Assembly (NCBI GenBank): GCA_050506795.1
Contig: JBJHCF010000005.1
Coordinates: forward strand, 64,001-128,000
Source of the DNA: Opitutia bacterium
Lineage (GTDB): Bacteria > Verrucomicrobiota > Verrucomicrobiia > Opitutales > T3Sed10-336
Reading direction: 5' to 3'
DNA: 64,000 nucleotides
Positions 42,254 to 51,649 of the stretch are shown here, piece by piece; position 1 is the stretch's first letter; each line of letters opens with the position of its first letter. A program made the position numbers and the translations under genes. The notes under the pieces were generated by a model, which was not told the origin of the DNA, did no database searches, and worked only from the letters and a program-made list of their open reading frames with translations.

Positions 42254-42448
42254 GCCTTTTTTTAGCGGGTGTTGAAATCGGGTGGCGAGTCATAAATCCC
42301 GGCTCGGCGATTGCAACCCGTTCCGGACGGCCGGTGGAAGGGTCGCTTTGCGGGTGAAGGAATGGTAGCGGGTACTGTCCTCGAATACCGCGGAGCGGCG
42401 AAAAAAGCTTTCGTTCCATGGTTTTCTGTTGGAAAGTGTGGTTTTGCC

Positions 42449-43411
42449 ATGGAAAGAATTCTCCTCACCACCACTTCGTTCCAGGATACTCCGGGACCTC
42501 ATCACGACCGGCTGAAGGAAGCCGGATATGAGATCGTTAGGGAGAGGGGGCCGCTTCCCGAAAGCCGTATGCTGGAGCTGGTCGGCGATGTTGACGCTTT
42601 CCTCTGCGGTGATGACGCCATCACCCGGGCGGTGCTGGAAAAGGCGCTTCCCCGCCTGAAGGTGATCAGTAAATACGGGATTGGCCTGGACAAGGTCGAT
42701 GTCGCTGCGGCCACTGAGCTCAAGGTGCCGGTGACCTTTTGTCCCGGGGTGAATCACACTACCGTGGCAGAGCACACCTTCGGGCTCCTGCTGGCCATCT
42801 ATCGTCAACTTGTCACCGAGTGCAATCACGTCAAGGCGGGCCGATGGAAACGGCTTACTGGGCACGAATTGATGGGCAAGACCATCGGAATCGTCGGATT
42901 GGGCCGTATTGGCCGCGAGGTGGCGCTGCGAGCCCGCGTGTTCGGCATGAAAGTCATGGCGTACGATTTGTATTGGGATGAAACCTTCGCCGCGGACAAC
43001 CAGATCGAGCGGGCGGCGTCCTTCGACGAAATCTTTCGCGCGGCCGACGTAATCAGCCTGCACACCAACCTCAACGATCAGACCCGGGGCATGGTCAACG
43101 CCGATTCTCTCGCCCTGATGAAGCCGCATGCCGTGCTCCTGAACTGCGCCCGAGGAGAACTCGTCGATACTGCGGCCCTGGTGGCAGCGCTAAAGGAGAA
43201 TCGCATAGCCGGATACGGCACCGACGTGCTGGATCAGGAGCCGCCGCCATCCGATCATCCATTGTTCGCCTGTGAGAACGCCGTGATCACACCACACATC
43301 GGTTCACGGACCTATGAAAGCGTGGTCCGCCAGGCGGGCATGGCGGTTGACAACCTTATCGCCGTGCTGCGGGGTGAGACTCCGCGGGCGCAGGCCAACA
43401 AGATCGACTGA
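42449..43411 (+). CDS. D-2-hydroxyacid / phosphoglycerate dehydrogenase family protein
   Basis: GIGLDKVD, GIVGLGRIG, NCARG, DVLDQEP, TPHIG. Confidence 0.88.
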   Translation: MERILLTTTSFQDTPGPHHDRLKEAGYEIVRERGPLPESRMLELVGDVDAFLCGDDAITRAVLEKALPRLKVISKYGIGLDKVDVAAATELKVPVTFCPGVNHTTVAEHTFGLLLAIYRQLVTECNHVKAGRWKRLTGHELMGKTIGIVGLGRIGREVALRARVFGMKVMAYDLYWDETFAADNQIERAASFDEIFRAADVISLHTNLNDQTRGMVNADSLALMKPHAVLLNCARGELVDTAALVAALKENRIAGYGTDVLDQEPPPSDHPLFACENAVITPHIGSRTYESVVRQAGMAVDNLIAVLRGETPRAQANKID

Positions 43412-43429
43412 CCTCCCGCCGTTGCCGTT

Positions 43430-44518
43430 ATGAGCGAAACCTATCACATTGTTCCCGAGGAAACCCACAACGCACTGGTGGTGGCCGCGTATCGACACCG
43501 CGGTTACACGGAAGACGAGGCGAATGACGCCGCCCGATTCTGTGTCGAAGCGGCGCGCCACGGTATCCGCACCCACAACGCCATCAAGGCGCTGCACCTC
43601 GACCACCTTTTCGGCAGCGGGGCCGCGGGCTGTGTGCCTGGCGCGGAAATCGAAGTGCTCTCCAGCCGATTTGCCGCGACCGCGGTGTGGAATGCCAATC
43701 GCAAGCTCGGCCAGTCGGTCGCTTACCGCGCTATGGAGGCCTGCATGGAAATGGCCGACAAATTCGGTGTGGGCGTAGTCAGCGTCGATAATGCTTTTCA
43801 CTATCTTTGGGGCGGGGGATACGTCATGGAGGCGGCCAAAAAGGGTTACATCGCCTACACCAATTGCACCGCCGCGCTGGCCGAGGTCGTGCCATTCGGA
43901 GGGAAACTCCCCACCCTGGGAACCAACCCCCACAGTTGGGGATTCCCCACCATGGAGGCGCTGGGATATCCGATCGTCATCGACTGGGCCACTTCGGTGG
44001 TGGCCATGGGAAGGGTGCAACAGTTTAAGCGCGAGGGTAAAACGTTGCCGCCTGACGCCGCGGTGGACGCCGACGGCAACCCCACCACCGATCCGGCGAA
44101 AGCCGTGGCCCTGTTGCCTTTCGGCGCGCACAAAGGTTACGGACTGAGCCTGATCAATGAGCTGACGGCCGCCTTCATTGGGGGTTCGCTCCCCACTCTG
44201 CGCAGTCGCTGGGCCGCCGATGGCGACAAGCACACCCCTAACTTTTTCTTTCAGGTGATCCATCCTGAGGCCCTGGATGGGCGAGATTTTGCCCGCGGAC
44301 GCACGCAGCAGGAAAATCTGAGAGCCGTTCTCGGCGATTTGTTACAGGACGGAAATGCGAACTGCATTCTTCCCGGTCAGATCGAGGCTGAAGCCGCCGC
44401 GCTTTCGGCTCGCCACCGCGGATTGCTCTTTTCGCGGGCGGAGATCGAAGCGTTTAATGAAATTGCGACCGAATGCGGACATCCCGCTTGGGATCCGCAG
44501 GCCTTTGCGACCACCTGA
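43430..44518 (+). CDS. Ldh_2 (type 2 malate/L-lactate dehydrogenase) family oxidoreductase
   Basis: GIRTH, LGTNP, IDWATS, GNPTTDP, PFGAHKGYGL. Confidence 0.85.
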   Translation: MSETYHIVPEETHNALVVAAYRHRGYTEDEANDAARFCVEAARHGIRTHNAIKALHLDHLFGSGAAGCVPGAEIEVLSSRFAATAVWNANRKLGQSVAYRAMEACMEMADKFGVGVVSVDNAFHYLWGGGYVMEAAKKGYIAYTNCTAALAEVVPFGGKLPTLGTNPHSWGFPTMEALGYPIVIDWATSVVAMGRVQQFKREGKTLPPDAAVDADGNPTTDPAKAVALLPFGAHKGYGLSLINELTAAFIGGSLPTLRSRWAADGDKHTPNFFFQVIHPEALDGRDFARGRTQQENLRAVLGDLLQDGNANCILPGQIEAEAAALSARHRGLLFSRAEIEAFNEIATECGHPAWDPQAFATT

Positions 44519-44609
44519 TCGCCGGCTGTGAACGTCGACATGCCTTTTGGCTGGGGTTGCGGGCCGCACCTTGGCCTTATCGAATTAGAATCCATTCTCT
44601 TTTTAGACC

Positions 44610-45710
44610 ATGAGCGATATGAAAATCAAACCCGCCGATGCCTGTGAATTCGATCTCCTTGCGCTGGGAGAAGTGATGCTGCGCCTCGATCCCGGCGAGG
44701 GTCGTGTGCGTACCGCGCGCTCGTTTCGCGCCTGGGAAGGCGGCGGCGAGTACAACGTGGCCCGCGGCTTGCGCCGCTGTTTCGGCCTGCGCACCAGCGT
44801 GGCGACCGCGTTCGCCGAAAACGACGTCGGGCGGCTGATCGAGGATTTTATCCTGCAGGGCGGCGTGGATACCTCGCTGATACGCTGGGTGCCGTACGAC
44901 GGCGTGGGGCGTGCCGTGCGGAACGGTTTGAACTTCACCGAGCGTGGTTTCGGTATTCGCGGGGCGGTTGGAGTGCCCGACCGCGGGCTCACGGCGGCGT
45001 CACAGCTCAAACCCGGTGATTTCGACTGGGAGGATATCTTCGGCCGGCGCGGAGTGCGCTGGTTTCACACCGGGGGGATTTACGCGGCGCTTTCCGAAAC
45101 CAGTGCCGCCGTGGTGGAGGAAGCCGTCACCGCGGCGCAAAAGCACGGTACCATCGTGTCCTACGACCTCAACTACCGCCCTTCACTGTGGAAATCCATC
45201 GGCGGTCATGCCAAGGCTCAGGAGGTGAACCGGCGTATCGCCCGAAAGGTCGATGTGATGATTGGGAACGAGGAGGACTTTACCGCCTGTCTCGGATTTG
45301 AGGTGGAAGGGGTTGACGAAAACATCTCCACTATCGAGGTCGACAAGTTCAAATCGATGATTTCCCGAGTGGTACGTGAGTTTGACAACTTCAAGGCCAC
45401 CGCGACAACTCTGCGCACCGTAAAGACCGCCACGATCAACGATTGGGGGGCGATTTGCTGGCATGACGGAAAGTTTTACGAGGCCACCCAGCGCGAGAAT
45501 CTCGAAATCCTGGATCGGGTCGGGGGAGGGGACAGCTTCGCTTCCGGCCTGATCTACGGTTTCCTCGCCACCGGTGATCCGCGGAAAGCGGTCGAATACG
45601 GGGCTGCCCACGGCGCCCTGGCCATGACCACCCCCGGTGACACCTCGATGGCCAACCTGGCCGAAGTCGAAAAAATTATGTCCGGCGGGGGGGCACGTGT
45701 GGTACGGTGA
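44610..45710 (+). CDS. kdgK: 2-dehydro-3-deoxygluconokinase (PfkB family)
   Basis: LGEVMLRL, GGGEYNVA, SYDLNYRPSLW, DRVGGGDSFASG. Confidence 0.85.
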   Translation: MSDMKIKPADACEFDLLALGEVMLRLDPGEGRVRTARSFRAWEGGGEYNVARGLRRCFGLRTSVATAFAENDVGRLIEDFILQGGVDTSLIRWVPYDGVGRAVRNGLNFTERGFGIRGAVGVPDRGLTAASQLKPGDFDWEDIFGRRGVRWFHTGGIYAALSETSAAVVEEAVTAAQKHGTIVSYDLNYRPSLWKSIGGHAKAQEVNRRIARKVDVMIGNEEDFTACLGFEVEGVDENISTIEVDKFKSMISRVVREFDNFKATATTLRTVKTATINDWGAICWHDGKFYEATQRENLEILDRVGGGDSFASGLIYGFLATGDPRKAVEYGAAHGALAMTTPGDTSMANLAEVEKIMSGGGARVVR

Positions 45711-45734
45711 TCGTTCGCTCAACCGGAAACTCGA

Positions 45735-46532
45735 ATGACTGAAGCCATGTCTCAAAATTATTTGTACGATCTCTTTTCTCTGCAAGGCAAGGTGGCCGTC
45801 GTCATCGGCGGGACCGGGGAACTCTGCGGCACCATGGCGGAGGGTCTCGCCGGCGCCGGCGCCGAGGTAATCCTGGTCGGTCGCAAGGAGGAGAAAGCCC
45901 GGAAACGGCTGGCGGCCATCGAGAAACTCGGAGGGAAAGCCACCTTTTTGGCTGCCGATATCACCACTCGCAGCAGCCTGGAGTCGTTGCTCAAGGAGTC
46001 GCTGGAAATCGCCGGAAAAGTCGACATCCTCGTCAATGGCGCCGGCGTCAATTCGGCCACCCCGTTTCTCGAGATCCCGGAGGACGAATTCGACACGATC
46101 ATCGCCACCAACCTCAAGGCGGTGTTCCTGGCCTGTCAGGTCTTCGGGAGCTACTTCGTCGATCGCGGACAACCGGCCTCGATCATCAACGTCGGTTCCA
46201 TGTCGGGAGTGACTCCTATTTCGCGGGTCTTCACCTACTCCGTGAGCAAGGCCGGGGTGCACAACCTTTCCAAAAATCTGGCCCGTGAGTGGGCGCAGAA
46301 AAACATTCGGGTGAACACGCTGGTCCCTGGATTTTTCCCGGCTGAACAGAATCGCAAGGTGCTGACTCCGGACCGGATTGATACCATCATGGGGCACACT
46401 CCCATGAATCGGTTTGGCCGGGCGGAGGAATTGATCGGAGCGACGCTTTTGCTGGCCTCCGACCGGGCCGGATCGTTCATCACCGGGGAGGAACTGCTGG
46501 TCGACGGCGGTTTCGCCGCCATGACCATCTGA
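45735..46532 (+). CDS. SDR oxidoreductase (D-mannonate oxidoreductase/UxuB-like or gluconate 5-dehydrogenase-like)
   Basis: [31 protein letters not shown]; next to uxaC. Confidence 0.8.
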   Translation: MTEAMSQNYLYDLFSLQGKVAVVIGGTGELCGTMAEGLAGAGAEVILVGRKEEKARKRLAAIEKLGGKATFLAADITTRSSLESLLKESLEIAGKVDILVNGAGVNSATPFLEIPEDEFDTIIATNLKAVFLACQVFGSYFVDRGQPASIINVGSMSGVTPISRVFTYSVSKAGVHNLSKNLAREWAQKNIRVNTLVPGFFPAEQNRKVLTPDRIDTIMGHTPMNRFGRAEELIGATLLLASDRAGSFITGEELLVDGGFAAMTI

Positions 46533-46553
46533 GCCCAACCCGATTGCGTACCC

Positions 46554-47972
46554 ATGTCCGTTTTCATCACCGACGACTTCCTCCTGCACAGCGCCTCCGC
46601 CCGCGAACTCTATCACGATTACGCCGCCCGGGAGCCGATTTTCGATTACCATTGCCACCTTCCGCCGGCGGAGATCGCCGAAAACAAGTCGTTTCCCAAT
46701 CTGGGGAATATTTGGCTGGCCGGCGACCACTACAAATGGCGGGCCATGCGCGCGAACGGGGTCGAGGAGCGTTTCTGCGGGGGTGACGCCGGCGACAAGG
46801 AGAAGTTTCTCGCTTACGCCCGGACGGTGCCCCGGACCGTTCGGAATCCTTTGTATCACTGGACTCATCTCGAGTTGAAGCGGTTCTTCGGGATCGACAC
46901 CCTGCTCAATGAAGAGACGGCGGAGGAGATTTGGGAGGAAACCCGGGAGAAGCTGGCGCGGCCCGAAATGTCTGTGCACGGTATTCTGACCAATCACCGG
47001 GTATCCGTCATATGCACCACCGACGATCCGGTGGATACGCTGGAGTTTCATCGCCAAATCGGCGAAAACGGTACCCTGGCCACCCGGGTGTACCCGACGT
47101 TTCGGCCGGACAAGGCGCTCTCGGTCGATCAACCCGAGGCTTTCAATGCGTGGATCGACCGTCTGGCGGAAGTCAGCGGGGTGGATTGCGCCAGCCTGGA
47201 TTCTTTTTTGGAGGCCCTGAAGCAGCGTCACGACTTCTTTCACGAAATGGGCTGCCGGTTGTCCGATCACGGCATGACGCATTGTGACGACGCCGACTGC
47301 ACCGATGCCGAGGCGCGGGTGGCGTTTGACAAGGCGCGCGCCGGAAAAGCGGTTCCGGCAGATGAGGCGGTCAAATTCCGCAGTTACATGATGGTTTTTT
47401 TCGGTCGTCTCGACGCCGACCGCGGGTGGACCAAGCAGCTTCACCTCGGCGCCATGAGGAACAACAACACCCGCCGTTTCCGGGAACTCGGTCCCGACAC
47501 CGGATTCGACTCGATTGGAGACTACCCCCAGGCCCGCGGTTTGGCCGGGTACCTGGACCGCCTGGACCGTACCGGCCAGTTGCCCAAGACGATACTCTAC
47601 AACAACAACCCCACCGATAATTACATTTTCGCGACCATGATCGGCAACTTTCAGGACGGCAGCGTTCCCGGAAAGATGCAGTTCGGATCCGGCTGGTGGC
47701 ATCTTGATCAAATCGAGGGAATGGAATGGCAACTCAACGCGTTGTCCAATCTCGGTCTCCTCAGTCGCTTTGTCGGGATGCTTACCGATTCGCGCAGCTT
47801 TCTGTCGTATCCCCGTCACGAATACTTTCGCCGCATTCTCTGCAACCTGATCGGTCGTGACGTGGAGAACGGCGAGTTGCCCCGCGACATGAAACTGCTT
47901 GGCGGCATCGTGCGCGATATCTGCTTCCGCAACGCCGAGGCGTATTTCGGGCTCGAGACCGGAACGGTCTAA
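46554..47972 (+). CDS. uxaC: Uronate isomerase
   Basis: DYHCHL, DHYKWRAMR, NPLYHWTHLEL, CTTDDP, GMLTDSRSFLSYPRHEYFRR. Confidence 0.97.
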   Translation: MSVFITDDFLLHSASARELYHDYAAREPIFDYHCHLPPAEIAENKSFPNLGNIWLAGDHYKWRAMRANGVEERFCGGDAGDKEKFLAYARTVPRTVRNPLYHWTHLELKRFFGIDTLLNEETAEEIWEETREKLARPEMSVHGILTNHRVSVICTTDDPVDTLEFHRQIGENGTLATRVYPTFRPDKALSVDQPEAFNAWIDRLAEVSGVDCASLDSFLEALKQRHDFFHEMGCRLSDHGMTHCDDADCTDAEARVAFDKARAGKAVPADEAVKFRSYMMVFFGRLDADRGWTKQLHLGAMRNNNTRRFRELGPDTGFDSIGDYPQARGLAGYLDRLDRTGQLPKTILYNNNPTDNYIFATMIGNFQDGSVPGKMQFGSGWWHLDQIEGMEWQLNALSNLGLLSRFVGMLTDSRSFLSYPRHEYFRRILCNLIGRDVENGELPRDMKLLGGIVRDICFRNAEAYFGLETGTV

Positions 47973-48056
47973 ACGCCTTTTCCGTCCTGCGACGGCATTC
48001 GGCCGGCTTAAAAATACGGATTGAGCCCCGTTGCCGGGGCGCTAGGGTTTATCGGC

Positions 48057-49190
48057 ATGGCTGACGCAACAAAACAGGAGAATCCGTTCGACTCGGTGGA
48101 ATCGGCGATCGAGGTGATCGCGAGCGGCGGGTTGGTGGTGGTGGCCGATGACGAGAACCGCGAGAACGAGGGAGACCTCGTCATGGCCGCAGCCAAGGCC
48201 ACTCCGGAAAGCGTCAACACGATGATCCTGCACGCCCGCGGCCTTATTTGTGTTCCGACGACCAGCCATCAGCTAAAACGGCTGGGGATCAATCAAATGG
48301 TAGCGGAGAATCGCGACCCCTATCGGACCGATTTTTCGGTTTCGGTGGACGCCGCCGAGGGAATCACCACAGGAATCAGCGCCTATGACCGTTGCCGTAC
48401 GATTCGCCTGCTGGCGGACCCGGCAAGCCGCCCCGACGACCTTGTGCAGCCGGGGCATATTTTTCCCTTGCGGGCCAAGGCGGGCGGAGTCCTTCAGCGT
48501 GCCGGTCACACGGAGGCTGCGGTCGATTTGGCCGCCCTGGCCGGACTTCATCCCAGTGGGGTGATTTGTGAGATTCTCAACGAAGACGGTACCATGGCCC
48601 GCCTGCCGGAACTTATTGCCTTCAAGAAGCGTTTCGGATTCCCGATGATTTCCATCGCATCGCTCATCGAATACCGGCGGCGGCGCGAACGGCTGGTGGA
48701 GGAGACCCATCGGCGTCCCTTCGAGTCGGAGTTTGGGACTTTCGTCCTGCGCCTTTTTCACAGTCGCCTGGATGATCGATATCACCTCGCCTTCACTATG
48801 GGCGACCTCGATGGTTCTCCCACGTTGGTTCGGGTACACAGCGAAAACGTTTTGAGCGACGTCTTTCGCGCCAAAGCGTTCGGCAGTTACCATTCCCTGG
48901 TCGATTCGCTCAGCATGGTCGCTCGCGAAGGCAAGGGCGCCGTGATCTATATCGGGCAGCCGCACGATAGCGTTCACCAAATGCTGAACGATACGCCCGA
49001 CCATATCTCGGCCGATAAGGCTCGGGGCGTCGCCAAAGCGGCTCCGGAGTTTCGGGATTACGGTATCGGCGCTCAGATTCTGGTGGCTCTGGGTCTTCGA
49101 AGAATCCGGCTCCTGACCAGCCACAGCCGGCATGTGGTCGGCCTGGAGGGTTATGGTTTGGAGATTGTGGAGCAAGGTCCGCCCAAGTGA
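48057..49190 (+). CDS. ribB: DHBP synthase fused to a degenerate GTP cyclohydrolase II domain (RibBX-type)
   Basis: DDENRENEGD, GITTGISA, PGHIFPL, RAGHTEA; C-domain RVHSE and RDYGIGAQIL but no Zn-binding cysteines. Confidence 0.9.
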   Translation: MADATKQENPFDSVESAIEVIASGGLVVVADDENRENEGDLVMAAAKATPESVNTMILHARGLICVPTTSHQLKRLGINQMVAENRDPYRTDFSVSVDAAEGITTGISAYDRCRTIRLLADPASRPDDLVQPGHIFPLRAKAGGVLQRAGHTEAAVDLAALAGLHPSGVICEILNEDGTMARLPELIAFKKRFGFPMISIASLIEYRRRRERLVEETHRRPFESEFGTFVLRLFHSRLDDRYHLAFTMGDLDGSPTLVRVHSENVLSDVFRAKAFGSYHSLVDSLSMVAREGKGAVIYIGQPHDSVHQMLNDTPDHISADKARGVAKAAPEFRDYGIGAQILVALGLRRIRLLTSHSRHVVGLEGYGLEIVEQGPPK

Positions 49191-49339
49191 TTGCCTGATG
49201 GCGACCCTGTTGGCGGACGAATTCCGATGAGTGGAGTGAATGGTTCGCTATGTTTTCCGCCGGTCCGTCGCCGGGAGGCGGACGGGTCCGCACTGCAAGG
49301 CGTTTTGACTTTCCCCCGGGTCGGGCTTTGAGTTTTTCC

Positions 49340-49774
49340 GTGTCGCAGCCAGAATTCATTTATCGCACCCGGGTCCATTTTGATGAGTTTGACGCCTTGG
49401 GGATCCTTCATCACTCCCGCTACCTTCATCATTTGGAACGAGCGCAGCAGGCCCTGTTTCAGCACCTGCTCGGCGTTCCTGATTTTGATGCCGACCGGGA
49501 CGAGGATATCTACGTCGTGGTGCGCGGATTGGAGGCCCGCTTTCGCGAGCCGGTTCGCCGCCCGGGCGAGTACGCGGTTTTTTACCGTTCGCCCCGCGTC
49601 CGTGCCGCCGGCCTCGCGCTCGACTTCGACTTTGCCGGACTGGACGGAAACGTCGTTTATTGCAGCGGCAGGCGTACGGTCTGCAAGCTATCCGGGCAAA
49701 CCCATCGACCCGCCGAATGGAGCCCCCGGTTTCGGCGCGCGTTGGCGGGTTGGGCGGATGGAAGCGAGGAATGA
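49340..49774 (+). CDS. 4HBT/YbgC-like acyl-CoA thioesterase
   Basis: RVHFDEFDALGILHHSRYLHHLERA hotdog motif; GTG start inferred. Confidence 0.8.
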   Translation: MSQPEFIYRTRVHFDEFDALGILHHSRYLHHLERAQQALFQHLLGVPDFDADRDEDIYVVVRGLEARFREPVRRPGEYAVFYRSPRVRAAGLALDFDFAGLDGNVVYCSGRRTVCKLSGQTHRPAEWSPRFRRALAGWADGSEE

Positions 49775-49891
49775 GGCGTGTTTTTTTCCACCATGAACGG
49801 TGCAAGGCACTCCGCCAGGGGCTAAGCAATGAGAAGGATGGGTCAAAACGGCGCCAAACCGGTGACGTATGACTGTTTTGGAGGAAATTTT

Positions 49892-50359
49892 ATGAAACGA
49901 CTCACACTGCTTTTCTGCTCACTGCTGACGGCTTCCGTAATCCCGCTCTCCGCAGCCCACCAGTATAATCCGCTGGGGGCCGGGGTGATTCTGGGCGAAC
50001 CGACCGGGTTGACGGCCAAATATTGGGTGAGCGACACCAATGCCTTTGATGCGGCCCTGGGGTGGTCCTTTGAGGGAAGGACCTCGTTCCACCTGCACGG
50101 CAGTTATCTTTTTCATGATTTTGAGATGGTGGAGGTCGCCAAAGGGAGCCTCCCGCTTTATTTCGGTGTTGGTGGCCGGCTGAAGGCCCGCAGCGGCAAG
50201 AGCGACCGGCTGGGGGTTCGGGTTCCGGTCGGCGTTGCCTATCATTTCGAGGATGTCCCGGTCGAGGCCTTTGCCGAGATAGTTCCCATCATCGACATTG
50301 TCCCCAGCTCGCGCGCCAGCCTCAACGCGGCGATCGGTGCGCGCTTCTACTTTGAGTAA
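49892..50359 (+). CDS. Small outer-membrane beta-barrel protein (DUF3996-like)
   Basis: GGAGG RBS, signal peptide, GVILGEPTGLTAK, GVRVPVG, GARFYF. Confidence 0.75.
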   Translation: MKRLTLLFCSLLTASVIPLSAAHQYNPLGAGVILGEPTGLTAKYWVSDTNAFDAALGWSFEGRTSFHLHGSYLFHDFEMVEVAKGSLPLYFGVGGRLKARSGKSDRLGVRVPVGVAYHFEDVPVEAFAEIVPIIDIVPSSRASLNAAIGARFYFE

Positions 50360-50417
50360 GCCATCCCGGAATATGCCTGCGGCCAATCCGGGGTATTTTG
50401 GCCAACCTTAATCGGGA

Positions 50418-51137
50418 TCACCTGGCCAACTCCAGGCTGGTTAGCGCCTGAAGGTCATTGATTCTGTCTGCCGAGGATTGGTCCGTTTCAAATTGGCTGG
50501 AGAGCAGAACGCACTGCCAGCCGGCTGCAATTGCCGGTTTAAGATCATGTTCCAGACTGTCACCAACGTGCAGAATCCGGTTGGCTGGCGTATTCAACTG
50601 CTTTTCCGCGGCGGCGAAAATTTCAGGACTGGGCTTTTCCCATCCAATCTCCGAGGAGATGATTATGGCATCAAAGGAGTCCAGCATGTCGAATCGCGCC
50701 AGAAGAGTGCGGAGACGCCGGTCCCAGTTCGAGAGTATCGCGGTACGAAATCCACGTTGGCGAAGGATGGCAATGCTTTCGCGGGTGTTCTTTCGAATTC
50801 GCCAGCGTTCCGGGTGAGCGAACGTTTCCCAGAGATCTGAGAAGACAGCGTCGAATTTCCGGGTCGACTCCAACGGTGGAATGGTTCGTTTGACGATTCG
50901 TTTCCACTTGGCGATTTCCCGGGGTTCGTCGGTGGGCCCTCCCACCGGGGTCGAGTTCGTTTTGCAGGCGGTTGCGAAACTGCGGTTTAACTCTTCGGTA
51001 TCGCCCTTCAGTCCATGGACGGCGAGGATCTCCGCATAGACTGCGCCGACGCTGGGCCAGGGGTCGAGAAGCGTTCCGCCTGCATCGAACGTTACTGCGG
51101 TGATCGGAGGAATGGAATGTGGAAGCTGCGGCGGCAT
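50418..51137 (-). CDS. HAD-IA family hydrolase (REG-2-like)
   Basis: FDAGGTL, ILSNWD, EKPSPEIF, HVGDSLEHD. Confidence 0.9.
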   Translation of the reverse strand: MPPQLPHSIPPITAVTFDAGGTLLDPWPSVGAVYAEILAVHGLKGDTEELNRSFATACKTNSTPVGGPTDEPREIAKWKRIVKRTIPPLESTRKFDAVFSDLWETFAHPERWRIRKNTRESIAILRQRGFRTAILSNWDRRLRTLLARFDMLDSFDAIIISSEIGWEKPSPEIFAAAEKQLNTPANRILHVGDSLEHDLKPAIAAGWQCVLLSSQFETDQSSADRINDLQALTSLELAR

Positions 51138-51259
51138 ACCCGGCGTGTTAATGGTGACCGTTCGTCGATCCAGTTCAAGCACTGTCCGACCAAAGGGGGC
51201 ATTGGAGTGCAAGGAAAAAGCGATTGCATGATAAGAAAAATCCGGTAATGATCATAGGG

Positions 51260-51272
51260 TATCAACGGCTTG
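51260..51272 (+). promoter_or_regulatory. IHF-binding-site consensus match in an AT-rich divergent intergenic region
   Basis: TATCAACGGCTTG matches WATCAANNNNTTR. Confidence 0.35.
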
Positions 51273-51649
51273 GTTTTAAGGGATTTACCTATGTTCGAAC
51301 TTATCTTATTGAGAGTCAGGATTTTAACGTAATTCACAGGGGTTTCGCTTTATGGTGGAAAACTGTAAGTAATTGGAATACAAGACCTTTGATTTTTTGA
51401 CTTTTCGACATGATTAATTTTCCCGTTGATTAAACTAGATTCATTGAGGTGGGAGTAATGCTTTAATTTCGTAGAGAATCTTGATTCAAACCTCTAAAAT
51501 AAATTCCGGTGTGTGACGAAGCCCGCCGGGGCAAACCAAGTTCATGTGCGTCGCCTGTCCAACGAAGCCTTGCGTTTCCAAAACCAGATGCCTGCGAGTT
51601 CCAGATGACGATTTAGCTGGACACAAATGATTCAAAAGAAGCTACGAGA

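Noticed and set aside
45183..47819. 878-aa minus-strand ORF (similarly 31850-33694, 8913-10595, 18851-20422, 1735-2823)
   Set aside because: Antisense shadows of well-supported genes in high-GC DNA, with no recognisable motifs
51520..51610. GGGCAAACC resembling the start of a c-di-GMP-I riboswitch
   Set aside because: No GNRA-capped P2 stem, no downstream CGCAAAG element and no P3 pairing found
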